NCBI GenBank assembly: GCA_040357565.1
Contig: JBDODJ010000073.1
Length of the DNA: 57,540 nucleotides
Direction: 5' to 3' (one strand)
Source: Cercozoa sp. M6MM
Taxonomy: Eukaryota; Protista; Endomyxa: Ascetosporea
Below are positions 1 to 11,649 of this stretch, one piece after another. The notes under the pieces are model-generated. The model was not told where the DNA came from. It saw only the letters and a list, made by a program, of their open reading frames with translations, and made no database searches. The position numbers and the translations under genes are program-made. How positions within the stretch are numbered: the first letter of the stretch is position 1; each line of letters begins with the position of its first letter.

Positions 1-1009
1 CCCCCCCCCCCCCCTCGGACAGGTGCAAGAGAAGCAAGCGGCGCAGTCGTTCGACGCTGAGATCACTGCCATCGCCGAGGCCGATGCGGTACCCTTAACC
101 AATAATAAAGCACCCCCTTAACCAACGTACACGCTGCCCCTTAACTAATAAAACAGGCCGTTCAAGCCGAGTCGATCTCGTACAACCGACACACGCTGCT
201 GAACCGCAATGCCGTCGAAATCCAGCGCACCGATTACGCCGCCTTTTTGGCCGCCAAGCACGACAGCATCGCTGCCGGTAGCTGCTTTACCTCCTTGCCC
301 CCTGCCCCTGCCCCGTTTACCCCCCCCCCCCCCCGTGGGAGAGGGGGAGGCCAGNNNNNNNNNNNNNNNNNNNNNNNNNNNNNNNNNNNNNNNNNNNNNN
401 NNNNNNNNNNNNNNNNNNNNNNNNNNNNNNNNNNNNNNNNNNNNNNNNNNNNNNCCCCCCCCCCCCCTGGTAGAGATCGAGCACGCCAAGCTGCGCGGTC
501 TCACGCAGGAGCAAATGAGCGAGATCGAGGAACAGTTCGTCGAGTTCGACAAGGACAACTCCGGCTCGCTCACTGTACCCCCTCCCATCCTACCCTATTC
601 ACCTTTACCCCCCCCCCCAGGACAAGGAGTTCCGCGCGGCCTTGTACTCGATCGGCTACGACAAGAGCAAGAACGCCATCGCTGGCATCATCGAGGAATT
701 CGCCTCGGCCGGCAGCATGGATTTGGAGGCTTTCAAGAACTGGGCCATCCAGGAGATGGTACCTTTACCCCGACCTATTCCCCTTACTCCCTTTACTCTC
801 TCCCCCTTTCCCAGGGCGCGGCCGAGACCAAGCCGCAGATCACACAGGGCTTTGTCGACATCAACCGCGGCGAGTCACTCGGCGACATTGAGATCTCGGC
901 CGACATCTTCAAGGCCGACGACCTGGACTTCATCCTGTCGACGGCGCCGCAGCCTCAGGACGGCAAATACGACTACACGGCTTGGGTCGACGAGATCTTC
1001 TCGCGCTAG
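1..1009 (+). CDS. Alpha-actinin-like actin cross-linker, C-terminal part (EF-hands); 5'-truncated, multi-exon
   Basis: Spliced exons read EIEHAKLRGLTQEQMSEIEEQFVEFDKDNSGSLT|DKEFRAALYSIGY...|GAAETKPQITQGF...DGKYDYTAWVDEIFSR*. This is the EF-hand plus Ca-insensitive EF tail typical of actinins. An N gap lies at 355-454. Confidence 0.75.
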
Positions 1010-1032
1010 CTTGGCCGACCCCCCCCCCCCCC

Positions 1033-1066
<34 letters not shown>

Positions 1067-1209
1067 CGTTTACTCGACTCTAGCTGAGTCCAGCCTGCCG
1101 ACGTTTGGAGTGTACTAACTTGACCGCAGACGAGCATACGCTATGTGCAGTTCACTCTCCTGCTGCAGCACCGATCAGATGCATGATTGGGTCAGGCACT
1201 GCAAAAAGG

Positions 1210-1291
1210 AGCCTCTTGCGGGTTTCGATCCCGCTACCTACTGTACCTCGTCATTAATCGCGACGTGCTCTGTCAATTTAGCCGATGCGAC
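1210..1291 (-). pseudogene. tRNA-like sequence (degenerate tRNA or SINE head)
   Basis: Minus strand has a T-arm GCGGG-ATCGAAA-CCCGC, an anticodon arm CGTCG-CGATTAA-TGACG and a D-arm-like GCTA-AATTGACA-GAGC, followed by T5 (Pol III terminator). The acceptor stem has mismatches; the D-loop GG and U33 are absent. Confidence 0.55.
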
Positions 1292-1419
1292 GATTGTGGA
1301 TGCATTCGGTTCGGTTCTTACGTTAACTTTGATCCGATCGGACCAAGTTGATATCAATGAATGTGACTCATACGGGAAGCGAACGTCATGCATACATTGC
1401 ACTTAAAGGTATTGCTCAG

Positions 1420-2319
1420 TCAATGAAACGGCGGTGCACTGCAGGCACAGGAGCAGCACGCCCACAATGGCATTAGACGTGCCCAGACCTGCAATGAATC
1501 CAACAAGATATCACTTCGTTCCCCGTCAGTACCGATCAATAAGATACCCTGCAAAATAACTGAGCACGCGTCCGAGACAGCGTGTCGCATACACAGACAC
1601 AGCAGCAGTGTGGCACACGTGCGCATCGTCAGGGCGGCCCAGTGGATGGCAGCGTGCAGCAGTGTGCGCAACCTCAGTTGGCCAAGCTTGCCGTGCAGCA
1701 GAAAGTGCAAGGCCTCCAGCAGCGACACCAGCTGCAGTGCAGACACGACGCGAGAGGCCACCTGCGTTGTCGACAAGGACTGCATCTCGATTGGCACGGC
1801 CGGTTGGACCAGAGAGATGCAGGGTGGAATCATGAGCAGGCTGCATCAACACGCACACCTTGAGAGCTACACCTAGAGTTTAAGGCTACGTACGCAGGTG
1901 GAAGCAGGTAAAGCCCTTTGCGCACTGTTTCTGTGTATTTCCTTGTCACGTACGAGCACACGCCAACAAGCAAAAACGCGAACAACCAGGCGCTGGTGTC
2001 ACCGCTAAGCGGCAGTATTGACCACGTGGTCTATGTTTGAAGACATCCGAGTGGATACAATCTTGGACGCAAACTCAAAAACCAGTACCAATGCACGCTG
2101 CGTAAACAAAGAAAACCACCCCGAAGAGGATGAGTTGCTCAGCAGGCTTTCCAACAAATCGTGGCTCGCAACCGATCCGCGCGGAAGGAGAATCGACTCC
2201 AAAAGTGACGTTGTCGATCTCGCGACAGTACGCACATCTGCCCTCTACATGTGCGTAAATACCAGAGTGTCAACACATTGTTGTAGCACTGTCCTGTACC
2301 TCGCGCAGCAAGTAGACAT
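1420..2319 (-). CDS. Hypothetical protein (multi-exon, boundaries uncertain)
   Basis: Exon-like, Leu-rich minus-strand segments separated by GT-AG introns. No recognised domain. Confidence 0.3.
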
Positions 2320-2512
2320 ACGAGAAAAAACACGCGCAACACAACAAGGCAGCGCTTCGAATAAGGCTTGTCCACATAGTCTACACTTAGATCTCGCACT
2401 GCGCGCAGCAGTGTGCTAATACTGCTAAACCAGCCTGGCACACGATTTAAAGCGCCCCTGTAAGCGCGTGTTCCAACAGATACACAACTTTCGCTACAGC
2501 AACCAAGGAGTG

Positions 2513-5500
2513 TTAGTTGCAGCAAGACGAGTCAACAATTTGCGTCTTGATCGAGTTATTGTCTGGAGCAACGTTGGTGTCCTGCTGCTGCTGTTTGCGC
2601 AGACGCTCCTGAAACTCGCGCGCCATCTGCTCCTGGAGCTGTCGGTCCTGTCGAATCTTTTCCAGCGACACTGGCTACAATCACGCAAGTCAGCCGGTAT
2701 ACGCACACACACCACCTATACATTATTCGTACCGGTGGAAGTTTCCAAGACGCAGCGTTGCTGCCGTCTAGCACTTCTTCTGGGTCCTCGCTGTTCTGTC
2801 GGAAGGCACCTCCGAACTTGGACTGGTGGCACCTGCGTCCAGAGCATGCACATCATCGAGACTTGATCGAGAGCAAGGAAAAGCTATATGGGGGGATACA
2901 AGTGATAACTCTCAAGTCGGCCTCCTGCGTTGATCACGGCCGAGTAGGTCAGTGCTCGCACCTACATTGTCGACAAAACAGGTCAAGAAACCACGAAACA
3001 GAGTTGCTGCCGCGAACACACCTTGCGGCGGGATCGAATACGACACATGCTCTTAAATGCCGGGATTTGGAACACTAGGCAAAACAAACGTTGTGTGGTG
3101 GCATAATCGTAGTGAAATCTCGATGCGTAAGCTACGTAGGTGTCGCAACACTCGCAACACCAGCACGAGCACGAGCAGCACCAACTAAGGAAAAACCCTT
3201 CTCCTCATAGCAAGTTCATTTATCAAACAACACACCACAGGAAAAGCTGCCTGTCGCAGCACACGGTCATGCAGTGCTTGCTTTTCGAGTATTCCTGTTC
3301 CGTAACTGAACTCTTCGGCGATGGCACTTATGATGTAAGCTGCAGACCATTCGTGAGTTAGGAGCAGTTTAGTCATACAGCTGACCAATTAAGACAATAC
3401 GGGGCACGAAAAGAGGTCGCATCCAAGGCGGCAGATCCGCAAAATCCTGTGTCGGTGACAGCAGGATGTAGGGTGACCCAAGTACAAACACAGAGACGGC
3501 CATGTGCACTGTTGCTGCCCTGCAGCAACGAAGCCATACTCTGCTGCGGCTTTAGTCAAAAAGATGTCTCTGTACCAAGTAAGCAGATCGAGGAACCACT
3601 CCGACAGTCGCTCGTCGAAGCGTGGCGGAGTTGCACACAGCCGGAACAGAGCGTACTGCTTGCGTTTACATGTCAGTCTCCCTTATTGTGGAACAGGCAG
3701 ATGTACCTTGTCGCACCAGTACATGCAGGTGAACGTGCAGGCACCGAGCAGATATAGCACTGGCATGCCCACACCGCCCACAGTCAATACGATCACACAA
3801 GCTGCTGCCGTCGCCTGTGTGCACAGCATATACACTGTGTGAACAGTTTGTTAATATCGGAGCACTCACAGCAAGTCTGTCGTCGATACGAAACCGAGGA
3901 GGACGCAGTATTCTGTGTTAAAAACAACATGTATAAAAGGTATCAAACAAGCTGCATTGCAAAATGTGCACTTTACTTTCGAATTTGCTGACTTGTGCGA
4001 GCTTTTTTAATGCGCTTCTCACGCATTCTTCGTCGGAACTATGCACACAAAATACACCGGTTTAATATTCACATGAACTCTATGGGATGGTACCGGTGCC
4101 AACACGAGAGGCAATGCATGTGGGTTGACGACATTCGCAAGTGCTGTCAGCAGGATACCGGCACCCACAGCCTTGAACCTGTTCACCCGGGTAGAGTGTT
4201 TTCACCACAGGGCAAGATTGAACGAAGAGTATTCACTATACCACGCAGGCTGCGTGATGTCATCGAACTCCCCGATGTCGATGAAGCCGAGATCCGCACC
4301 CAGGAGATCACTCCACTACCCACACGATGTAAGTCAACCGTACTTTTTCTTGTTTGTTAGGCTGAGTTACATTGGTATTCACAAACACTGCCAGGAAGGC
4401 AGTGTTGACGCAGAGAGCCAAAGTCAGTTTGCGTGCCACTTGAATCATTTGTGCCGTTGCGCTGTCCTTTCTCTCCACTCGCTATGGATCGGCAGTTGAA
4501 CGAAGACAACAAATTGTGCACACATGCCACTCTGTTTCGTCAGGTACCTCAACGAGACAGCGCATCAGTGTACGCAGCGTCAGATTTACAATAATCTAGC
4601 CAATAGCCGCGCAATGAAAGCAGTGTTTAAACCCCAAGTGATTGGAATACCACAGCCAGTGCCGTCAGTGCAACGAGAACCTTGGCTCGCACGACGTCCT
4701 CCAGCCACACAGTGCACAACACCTTGTCTTTATCATCGTCCGCCATCGTCCACAGCTCTGTCACTGTGTACGCATTCGAAGGGCACTTGAACAGTGCAAA
4801 TACTAGACAAATCATTCAGTATACCTCCGATATCGGAGCAGTAACATGCGTAAATGAGCGATGTCTCTGATGCGGCACTTGCCTGTGTACACGTAGCTTG
4901 GGAGTGTATGTTTGGGGTTTAGGTGTGTGTTTGGTACCTCTTCGTATGAGGGGTACAAGCCAACGCACTCTCCATCGGCGGTGCCTGTCGACGACGACCT
5001 GAAACGCACACAGATGCTCTCAGTGCCAATCAAGACAGTTTTTTGTTGATTCTACACTGTCCTACCGAGATCGAACGATTGAAGCAGCCAACATGAGGGT
5101 GAAACTCAAAGCCATTGCAAGCGTCGACAGTGTCTTCATATGCGCGTGTTTGAGTGAATTTTTTGTTACAACAGTACAATGCAAGACGAATGATACCGCA
5201 GTAGCGCATGAACGCATACGTCGTTCAGCATGCCGGAGACGCATCCGGAGGTTATCGAAGATAACGTTACTCGGCTCGGCCGCGCGGTACAACTTCACTC
5301 GTTTTCCCAAAAACCTGTTTGGTATATCAAAGATGTAAATTTATACAGCTAACACAACTACTGAACACAGCGCCGACTGTAAAAAAACCAATAAACCGCA
5401 GGTTCTTCGGCATAAACCAACGTCGCCACGGCGTCCAAGTCCACGCAGAGTTGCGGCCCTTGTACGCACGCAAGCAACGTTGCCGAGCTCCCTACGCTCC

Positions 5501-8056
5501 AGTACAAGTACTTCCCACCTTTGATAAATTCGGCTAGAGTTCATACCTGAGATTCGAACGTGACAAAGGCTACGACAGGCGAACGCAAGTTCTTTTTTGA
5601 CCGACGCGCGCTTGGTGAAACTCTGTCGCAACAGAAAGAGCACAAATGAACTTAAAGAAGAAGGCTAAAATGTGACGATACATGACATCAAGTTCTTCCT
5701 CATCATGGAGGTAGTTTTTTCGCTCTCGCGCCAACATCACCGCTCGTTTGGCAATCTCGCTGACCAGATACATCATTTAATGGCAGAGTCATTTGTGTAG
5801 AAAACTGCGCACAGAAATACCGTTTCAGCTTCAACACTTTGCGCTTCTTCTTGAGTCGGCGCTGTGCACGTCGCTTCTCGTCCAGGTCGCTGCCAACGAA
5901 ACAACAACTGCCACAAGCATTGATTGAAAATAGTTGGTGTACTAAATATCCTTGGCCGTCTGAGCGAACTCAATGTCTTCGAGGCAGATGAGAGCAACGT
6001 CGCGAACGGTACCGAACCTGCGGTGAGCGGGATATACAACATCGGTATAAGTTTACGTATGTGAAGAGATGGGCAAAGTACTGCGTGAAGTGATTGGCAA
6101 TGTTCTCACGTGTGGTGTGCTTGCTTCGAGGCAGAGCTTGAACCTCCACAGCAAAGTTCGCAGCCTGCAAAGGAAGATTTGAGTCTGTGTTGTCATCCTT
6201 GCAAAAATCGTACAGTGACAATTTTGCGCCGAAAGTCATGAACTTCCTTCTCGTGTCGTTTTCGCATGAAGCGAATACCCAGGAACCTGGGAAGGTACAG
6301 TAAATTACTAGCAGGAGGTACTGGAATTGATTGATGCGGAGAAGTGTACAAAATGAGAGTGCTTGCGACGTCGACACACGCAACAAAGAAGGCGAAATCA
6401 GCACGACTTACTTCGCTGACTCCGGCGACATCGATGCCAAAGGGAAACTCCAGTATATCGCTTTCCAAGTTGTCGGAAGTCGTCGTGTTGAGGTAGATAG
6501 CAGACGTATTGGGCTGTGCACCCAAGTGTCCCATGCTGAAGTACTCCACGCTGAAGGTTGAGTCTGCTCGCGCCAGTCGCTGGCTTCCGTTGTTGGCGTA
6601 CATCGCCAGGATTGGCCTGCCGTATGTTTGCACGTATACGTCACCACACAACCACAGTACTTAGGTAAAGTCTACAAAAAAAGTACAGATGCACGAGAGA
6701 CAGGATAGCGAATAGCATGGCCAGATGCTGGAGTGTCGTAAAGTACCTGCGTTGAGAGTATACATTGAAATTTAATAGCACTGAGTCAGCATTGATAACT
6801 GAAGAGTACAGGTAGATGCCGAGTCCGAAACGTCGAAAACGACGAGCTGCGAACTTCCAGATTGGCTGCACAAAAAGATAGACTTCGGGGAGTGCCCTGC
6901 AATAGCGCAGTAAGAAAACGTACAAATGGTCGTCCTTTGGAGTCGTGTGGCATCTGCCGCTTTCGTCGATTGAGTGCACGTGGCAGTATCACGTTCTGCA
7001 GAGTGTCCCCTCTAACACACACACACGAACGAAAGGAAACGTTTCAACTTAAACTTGCGTATGTCAGGAAAAGTACCTCTGCAGTTGCGGTTCGTCGTCT
7101 AGCTTGTCGGGATTCACGATTTCGTTTTTGATTTCTGTGGTGACTGCCAATAGGTCGGTGACGACGTTCTTGATCGAAGAGCGGCGCCGCTCCGAGTTGA
7201 TGGGAGACACCTAAACCCAATAGATATCGATATTGTACTGTAGAAGCAGGGTCCAGGAAGCAAGGTACTTCGGTGGTGTCGACGTCGCTAATCGCCAAGC
7301 GGCTCTCGCTCAAGCCGTCGTCTTCGTCGCCATCAGTATCGGTGTCAGTGTCACCGTCTGTACCGATGCCATCGCTTTCGTCTCCTTCATCGCTGGACGC
7401 GAAATGATCCGGCATTTCCATGACTGGAGACAGTCATTGCGGAGTAGTATACATTGTCAGTACTAGTTCTATCTTGGGATACCATTGGCGTAGTCGGCAT
7501 CCTGTGTATCGACCACAGTGTCGCCGAGTTCGTCGTGATCGCTCCCTTCTTGCTGACTGTGACTCGAGTCTCTGCGATCAGCGGACTCTTCGGCACTGTC
7601 ACTGTTTCTCACTACAACGGTGGTGCCTCGCTGTACGACACCATTGGCCAGTGTTGTCTGGTCGATAAAGTCCGTGGTTTCGGTCAGCTCGTCGAACACT
7701 CGACGCTGCAACCGTCGCACGTGCTCGTTGTTCACGTTCGTACTGAGTTTAGTGACAACATCGGAACTGCTTTCGTTTTTACTTTGGCCGTCTTCTTCCT
7801 TTGGTGGCGACCTTTCTTCCTCCAACTCGGCGTCGCTGGAGGAAGAGTCAATTGCAATTCGGAGAACGTCATCCTCGTGCGCATCGCTCGGGAGGTCAGA
7901 TTTGTGATCACTTTCGTCGTCACTGCAAGAATCTTGGTCACCCGAGCGGTCACTCTGATCATCAGACTGGTTGCTAGGGTCGTTTGAGTGATTTCCCGGG
8001 TCAGCGGAATGGTCACTCATGTCACCGTCGTGGTCAACTGGACTACCGTCGCTCAT
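2513..8056 (-). CDS. Multi-pass membrane protein of the OSCA/CSC1-TMC-anoctamin superfamily, with a long acidic N-terminus
   Basis: Exons give RRFGLGIYLY|FTTLQHLAMLF, FSMGHLG, AANFAVEVQALP, RAAEPSNVIFDNL (cf. APEPxDIIWENL), GEFDDITQPAWY, GMPVLY and YWCDK|YALFRLCATPPRFD. The N-terminus is D/E/S-rich (7469-8056). The last exon ends ...VDSSCCN*. Confidence 0.7.
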
Positions 8057-8446
8057 TTTGCCAGGTTGAGGGAACACGCGACTGCCTCCGCGCATCCTGA
8101 GCGACTGCAAACCTCTGAATTGAACAGGGGTGACGGTGGCAGTGTTTTCCTTGGCAACGGTTTTGACGCCAACGTTTCGCGTTTGTTCGAGCGCAGCGTT
8201 TCACACCACTCGATAATGCCGTTCCCGAGTTAGTCAGAGGACTCCTGGTGGCAGCTCAGTTCGCTTGAACATGCGACAGCAATGAATTCTACGACCACTT
8301 TCTGTAATTAAAGTTCTGGGTTTCGCTTGTACTGAACTTTTCTGCGCAACACCACGTCACTTTCTAAACTGCAAAATTCTTCGATAGCACCAATTTTCGG
8401 GTCTAGACGCGAGAGATAAATTTACCTTTCACAGTTGTGCCAAGAA

Positions 8447-9016
8447 ATGCTGACGCGCGTGCTCGTTGCAAGTGTGTGTCTAAGTTCCGCTTTCTGTCAC
8501 GGTTTGGGTGGTGGTCAAGTTTACTCCGACCACGACGAGGTATAAAGTGATAACTTTGCGACTGGAAGGTTGCCCAGAGATTGGTACCGTATCAGGATTT
8601 CGTGCAATCTAGAACCAAAGTGCGTCATGTTCCCTTGGCACCAGAATTCGCAACGCGATTCGGTCACTGAAAGTTTCACAGCCAACACCGCTCTCGGTAA
8701 AACTGACTCCAGGGTTCAAAGTGAGAGTTATAGATTTACTACGTCGTTTCGTTTGTCAAAACAGGCGCAGCCCTGGTGGTGCCACATGGGGGCATTTGAA
8801 ACACAGTCTTCCGTGATCGTCCCGCCTTGTTTAGGCACGCCTTGGACGTACGTCTTCCCAGCCGACGACGAGACAAGGTACTGTAAACTTACTACAGTAT
8901 TGATCCCGGGTCCTGTATCTAAATTTAGTTTACACCGAAGTTGTCTCCAGTTAAGTTGTCGCAGCGCTGCAACCGCAGTGGTGGAAGACGATTGCAGTCA
9001 TCGCATCACCAGGTAG
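8447..9016 (+). CDS. Putative small secreted hypothetical protein (3' end uncertain)
   Basis: The first exon MLTRVLVASVCLSSAFCHG... resembles a signal peptide. A 56-nt GT-AG intron (8540-8595) keeps the frame. Confidence 0.35.
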
Positions 9017-9366
9017 CTAGCAAGTGGACTTCAGTTCGGTGTCTGCCTGCAAGTTGAGTCGATCGCTACGATCAGTCTGATGATGTGCGGCAACTGGACA
9101 TTCGATTATTTATCGTATCGTTTTAATTCGTTTCGCTACGCGGACACTGCTACTTAAATGTACTGCACCCGACCATGCTAACTCCAAACTAAAGAAACGC
9201 TGCGAACATTAACGTAACGCGACAAAGGTTTCCGTCCGACTCGACTGATTCCGTCACGAACTGAAGAAAGATTCATTCCCGTCCGACGTCTTGCCGCCCA
9301 CGACGCCACGTCAGCCAGCTACCTGACCGCGGCACGATCGGCGCGGACTGTACACGCCGGCTGAGC

Positions 9367-10186
9367 CTAAGTGCGCAGATGCGGGTGCAGCAAAGGTGCG
9401 TCGTCATCAGGCAGCGAATCGAGACTCGGCTCTGGCTCATTGTCGAGAGCCTGCTGACGATCGCTGCGGCGACTTGATCGAATGGTGTTGCTGTTGCCGC
9501 TACTGGTTTCGTCTAAGCTCTCGCGATCCGCGTGAACACGCACAACCGGACGACCTGTCAGATGTAGAGCTGATACGACGAGTCAAGAGTACACTTGACT
9601 CTCAAGCAGTGCATCTCTACCGGAGTTGTGATGCCGAATGAAATCACGCAACCTTCTGTAGTACTCGATTCCGGCAACAAGAGGCAGGTTGTTGTGCCCG
9701 GCGCCAGGTACGCTCCAGTGCTCGCATACTGCGGTGCGTTCTACCAGGCGACGTGTGCAGCCAGGGGGCACTAGTTCGTCTGCAATACCTCATAGTTAAG
9801 GGGGAGCAGCAAATGAGACAGTGGATAGATACCGTCCTCGCCGGACACGAAAAGCACCGGCAGACAGAGTCGTGCGACGCGTTCGTCGCTGCGCCAGGCG
9901 TCGGCCACACAGATGTGCAGCAGGCCCTGTGCGCATGTATACAGTAGGTTAAATGCTACCTACTGTTTCTATACACAAGTACAGTCAGCGTGCCTTGAGG
10001 ATAATGCGTAGTGGAGCATGCGCAGTGAAGGTGTCGACCAGCGAATCGAGTCCGAGTTGGCGCAGAAGCACCAGAGCCATCGTGTGGATGTTGTCGAAAC
10101 TGTTCTCAACGATGACACCGCGCAGCTTGTCATGACTACAAAGAAGGACGACAGGAAGGGAGGGAAGTAAGGAGGGATAGGAAGAG

Positions 10187-10235
<49 letters not shown>

Positions 10236-10245
10236 NNNNNNNNNN

Positions 10246-10293
<48 letters not shown>

Positions 10294-11370
10294 GCAGAAT
10301 GACGTACTCTTGGTACTGCAGCGCACCGGCAATAGCAACGGCACCACCGAGTGAGCGACCCAGCAGGTACACGTTCTTGTACTCTACGCACATGTGTAAG
10401 TGTAAGTATGTCTATACAGCTGTATACAACATAAGTGTGGTAATGTACGGCGCTGTTGGCACACGTAGTCGATCGCAGCAGCGACATCGCGACGCAAGCC
10501 TCGTTCTGTCGGTGTCGCGTCGTCGCTGTTGCCGTAACCACGGTAATCCAGCACCTGCGAGTCAAAAGATCAAGCGGAGTAAACAGAGGGTGCAACAAAC
10601 GACAATCAAAAGGGCAGTGGAAAAACCAACCAGCAGATCGACAGGGATGTCGTGGAAAGCACCGGCGATCAGCGGCAGTCGCATCGCGGCGTTGCCAGCG
10701 TTACCGTGCAGGTACACGATGCACGTGTCCCTTCTGCCAGGTGTGTGTGTCACGTAAAAAGAGTCAATTTATCACAAGTAGCGTACTCAACTTGTCGATG
10801 ACGGAAGAGCCACGACGACACCGAAACATCGTCAGACGTGCCAAGCATCACTTCTTGCACTGAGGCTTCCGTCAGCTGGGGGTCACACATATCACAACTT
10901 TGGAGTATTGCCAGTGGCTACAATCATTTTGAAACAACAATGTGTACCTCGTAGTACTCTTCTGCATTATCGCTCAGTGGCAAACGGAAGCGGTAATCGC
11001 TACCACCTAAAAGAACAGCAAAGTTACAGTCGACAAACACAACCTCCAGTGTAAATGCAACGTACTGTCACAGCGGCGTGTCTGCTGCGAGTCTCTTTCC
11101 TGCCGCAATTCCTCGCCAAACTCACCTGGCAGGTAAAGTGCCTGACACAACTCAGTGCTAAGGTACACATACACATACATAAATACACAAAGGCTACCTT
11201 GCGAGACAGCTTCCTGGCCAGGTAAATCAATATGCACAGAAGCAATGCAACGACTTTCAGCGCTGCTCGGATAATACATACATATCAGTCACAACGACTA
11301 GGCATGTGTTGTCTGTGGTGGAAATACCAAAAACAAAGACGCCAACGACAAAGGCGAACATGTAACCCAT
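9367..11370 (-). CDS. ABHD13: ABHD13-like alpha/beta hydrolase
   Basis: Hydrophobic N-terminus, then CIVYLHGNAGN, the nucleophile motif LLGRSLGGAVA, GVIVENSF and the catalytic His motif GAGHNN. Confidence 0.85.
10188..10291. repeat. Intronic (CA)n microsatellite with an assembly gap. Similar intronic (CA/GT)n or (AT)n tracts lie at about 12847-12905, 13911-13943, 14059-14105, 17581-17672, 19761-19864, 23119-23195, 27463-27523 and 31425-31542
   Basis: Simple repeats visible directly in the sequence, all inside predicted introns. Confidence 0.95.
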
Positions 11371-11649
11371 CACCGATGTGTCCTCTGTCAATTCGAGCGG
11401 GCAGATCATTTTCGATAAAAATACCATAATAGTAAAACAACAAGTTGTTCACTAGGCGATCGGTACCATGGTCGCAGAGAGTGTCGGCCACCATTAGTGG
11501 CAACAAAGCGAACACAGGCGTACGCACATCCACAGGAGGAATCGCGTACAGTAAAAACCTATTATTTTACTGAAGTGGAGACCGGCGCTCATTGCAAGCT
11601 TGTTCTGAATGACTTCCCATCGTGCACGTGTGTTTGTTTGATCAGCGAG

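Noticed and set aside
355-454. N runs (also 10236-10245 and 19808-19817)
   Set aside because: Assembly gaps at homopolymer or microsatellite tracts.
9969-10598. ORFs with CVCVCV, THTHTH or YIYIYI runs (here and at ~12.8k, 13.9k, 17.6k, 19.8k, 31.5k)
   Set aside because: They are translations of intronic microsatellites, not proteins.
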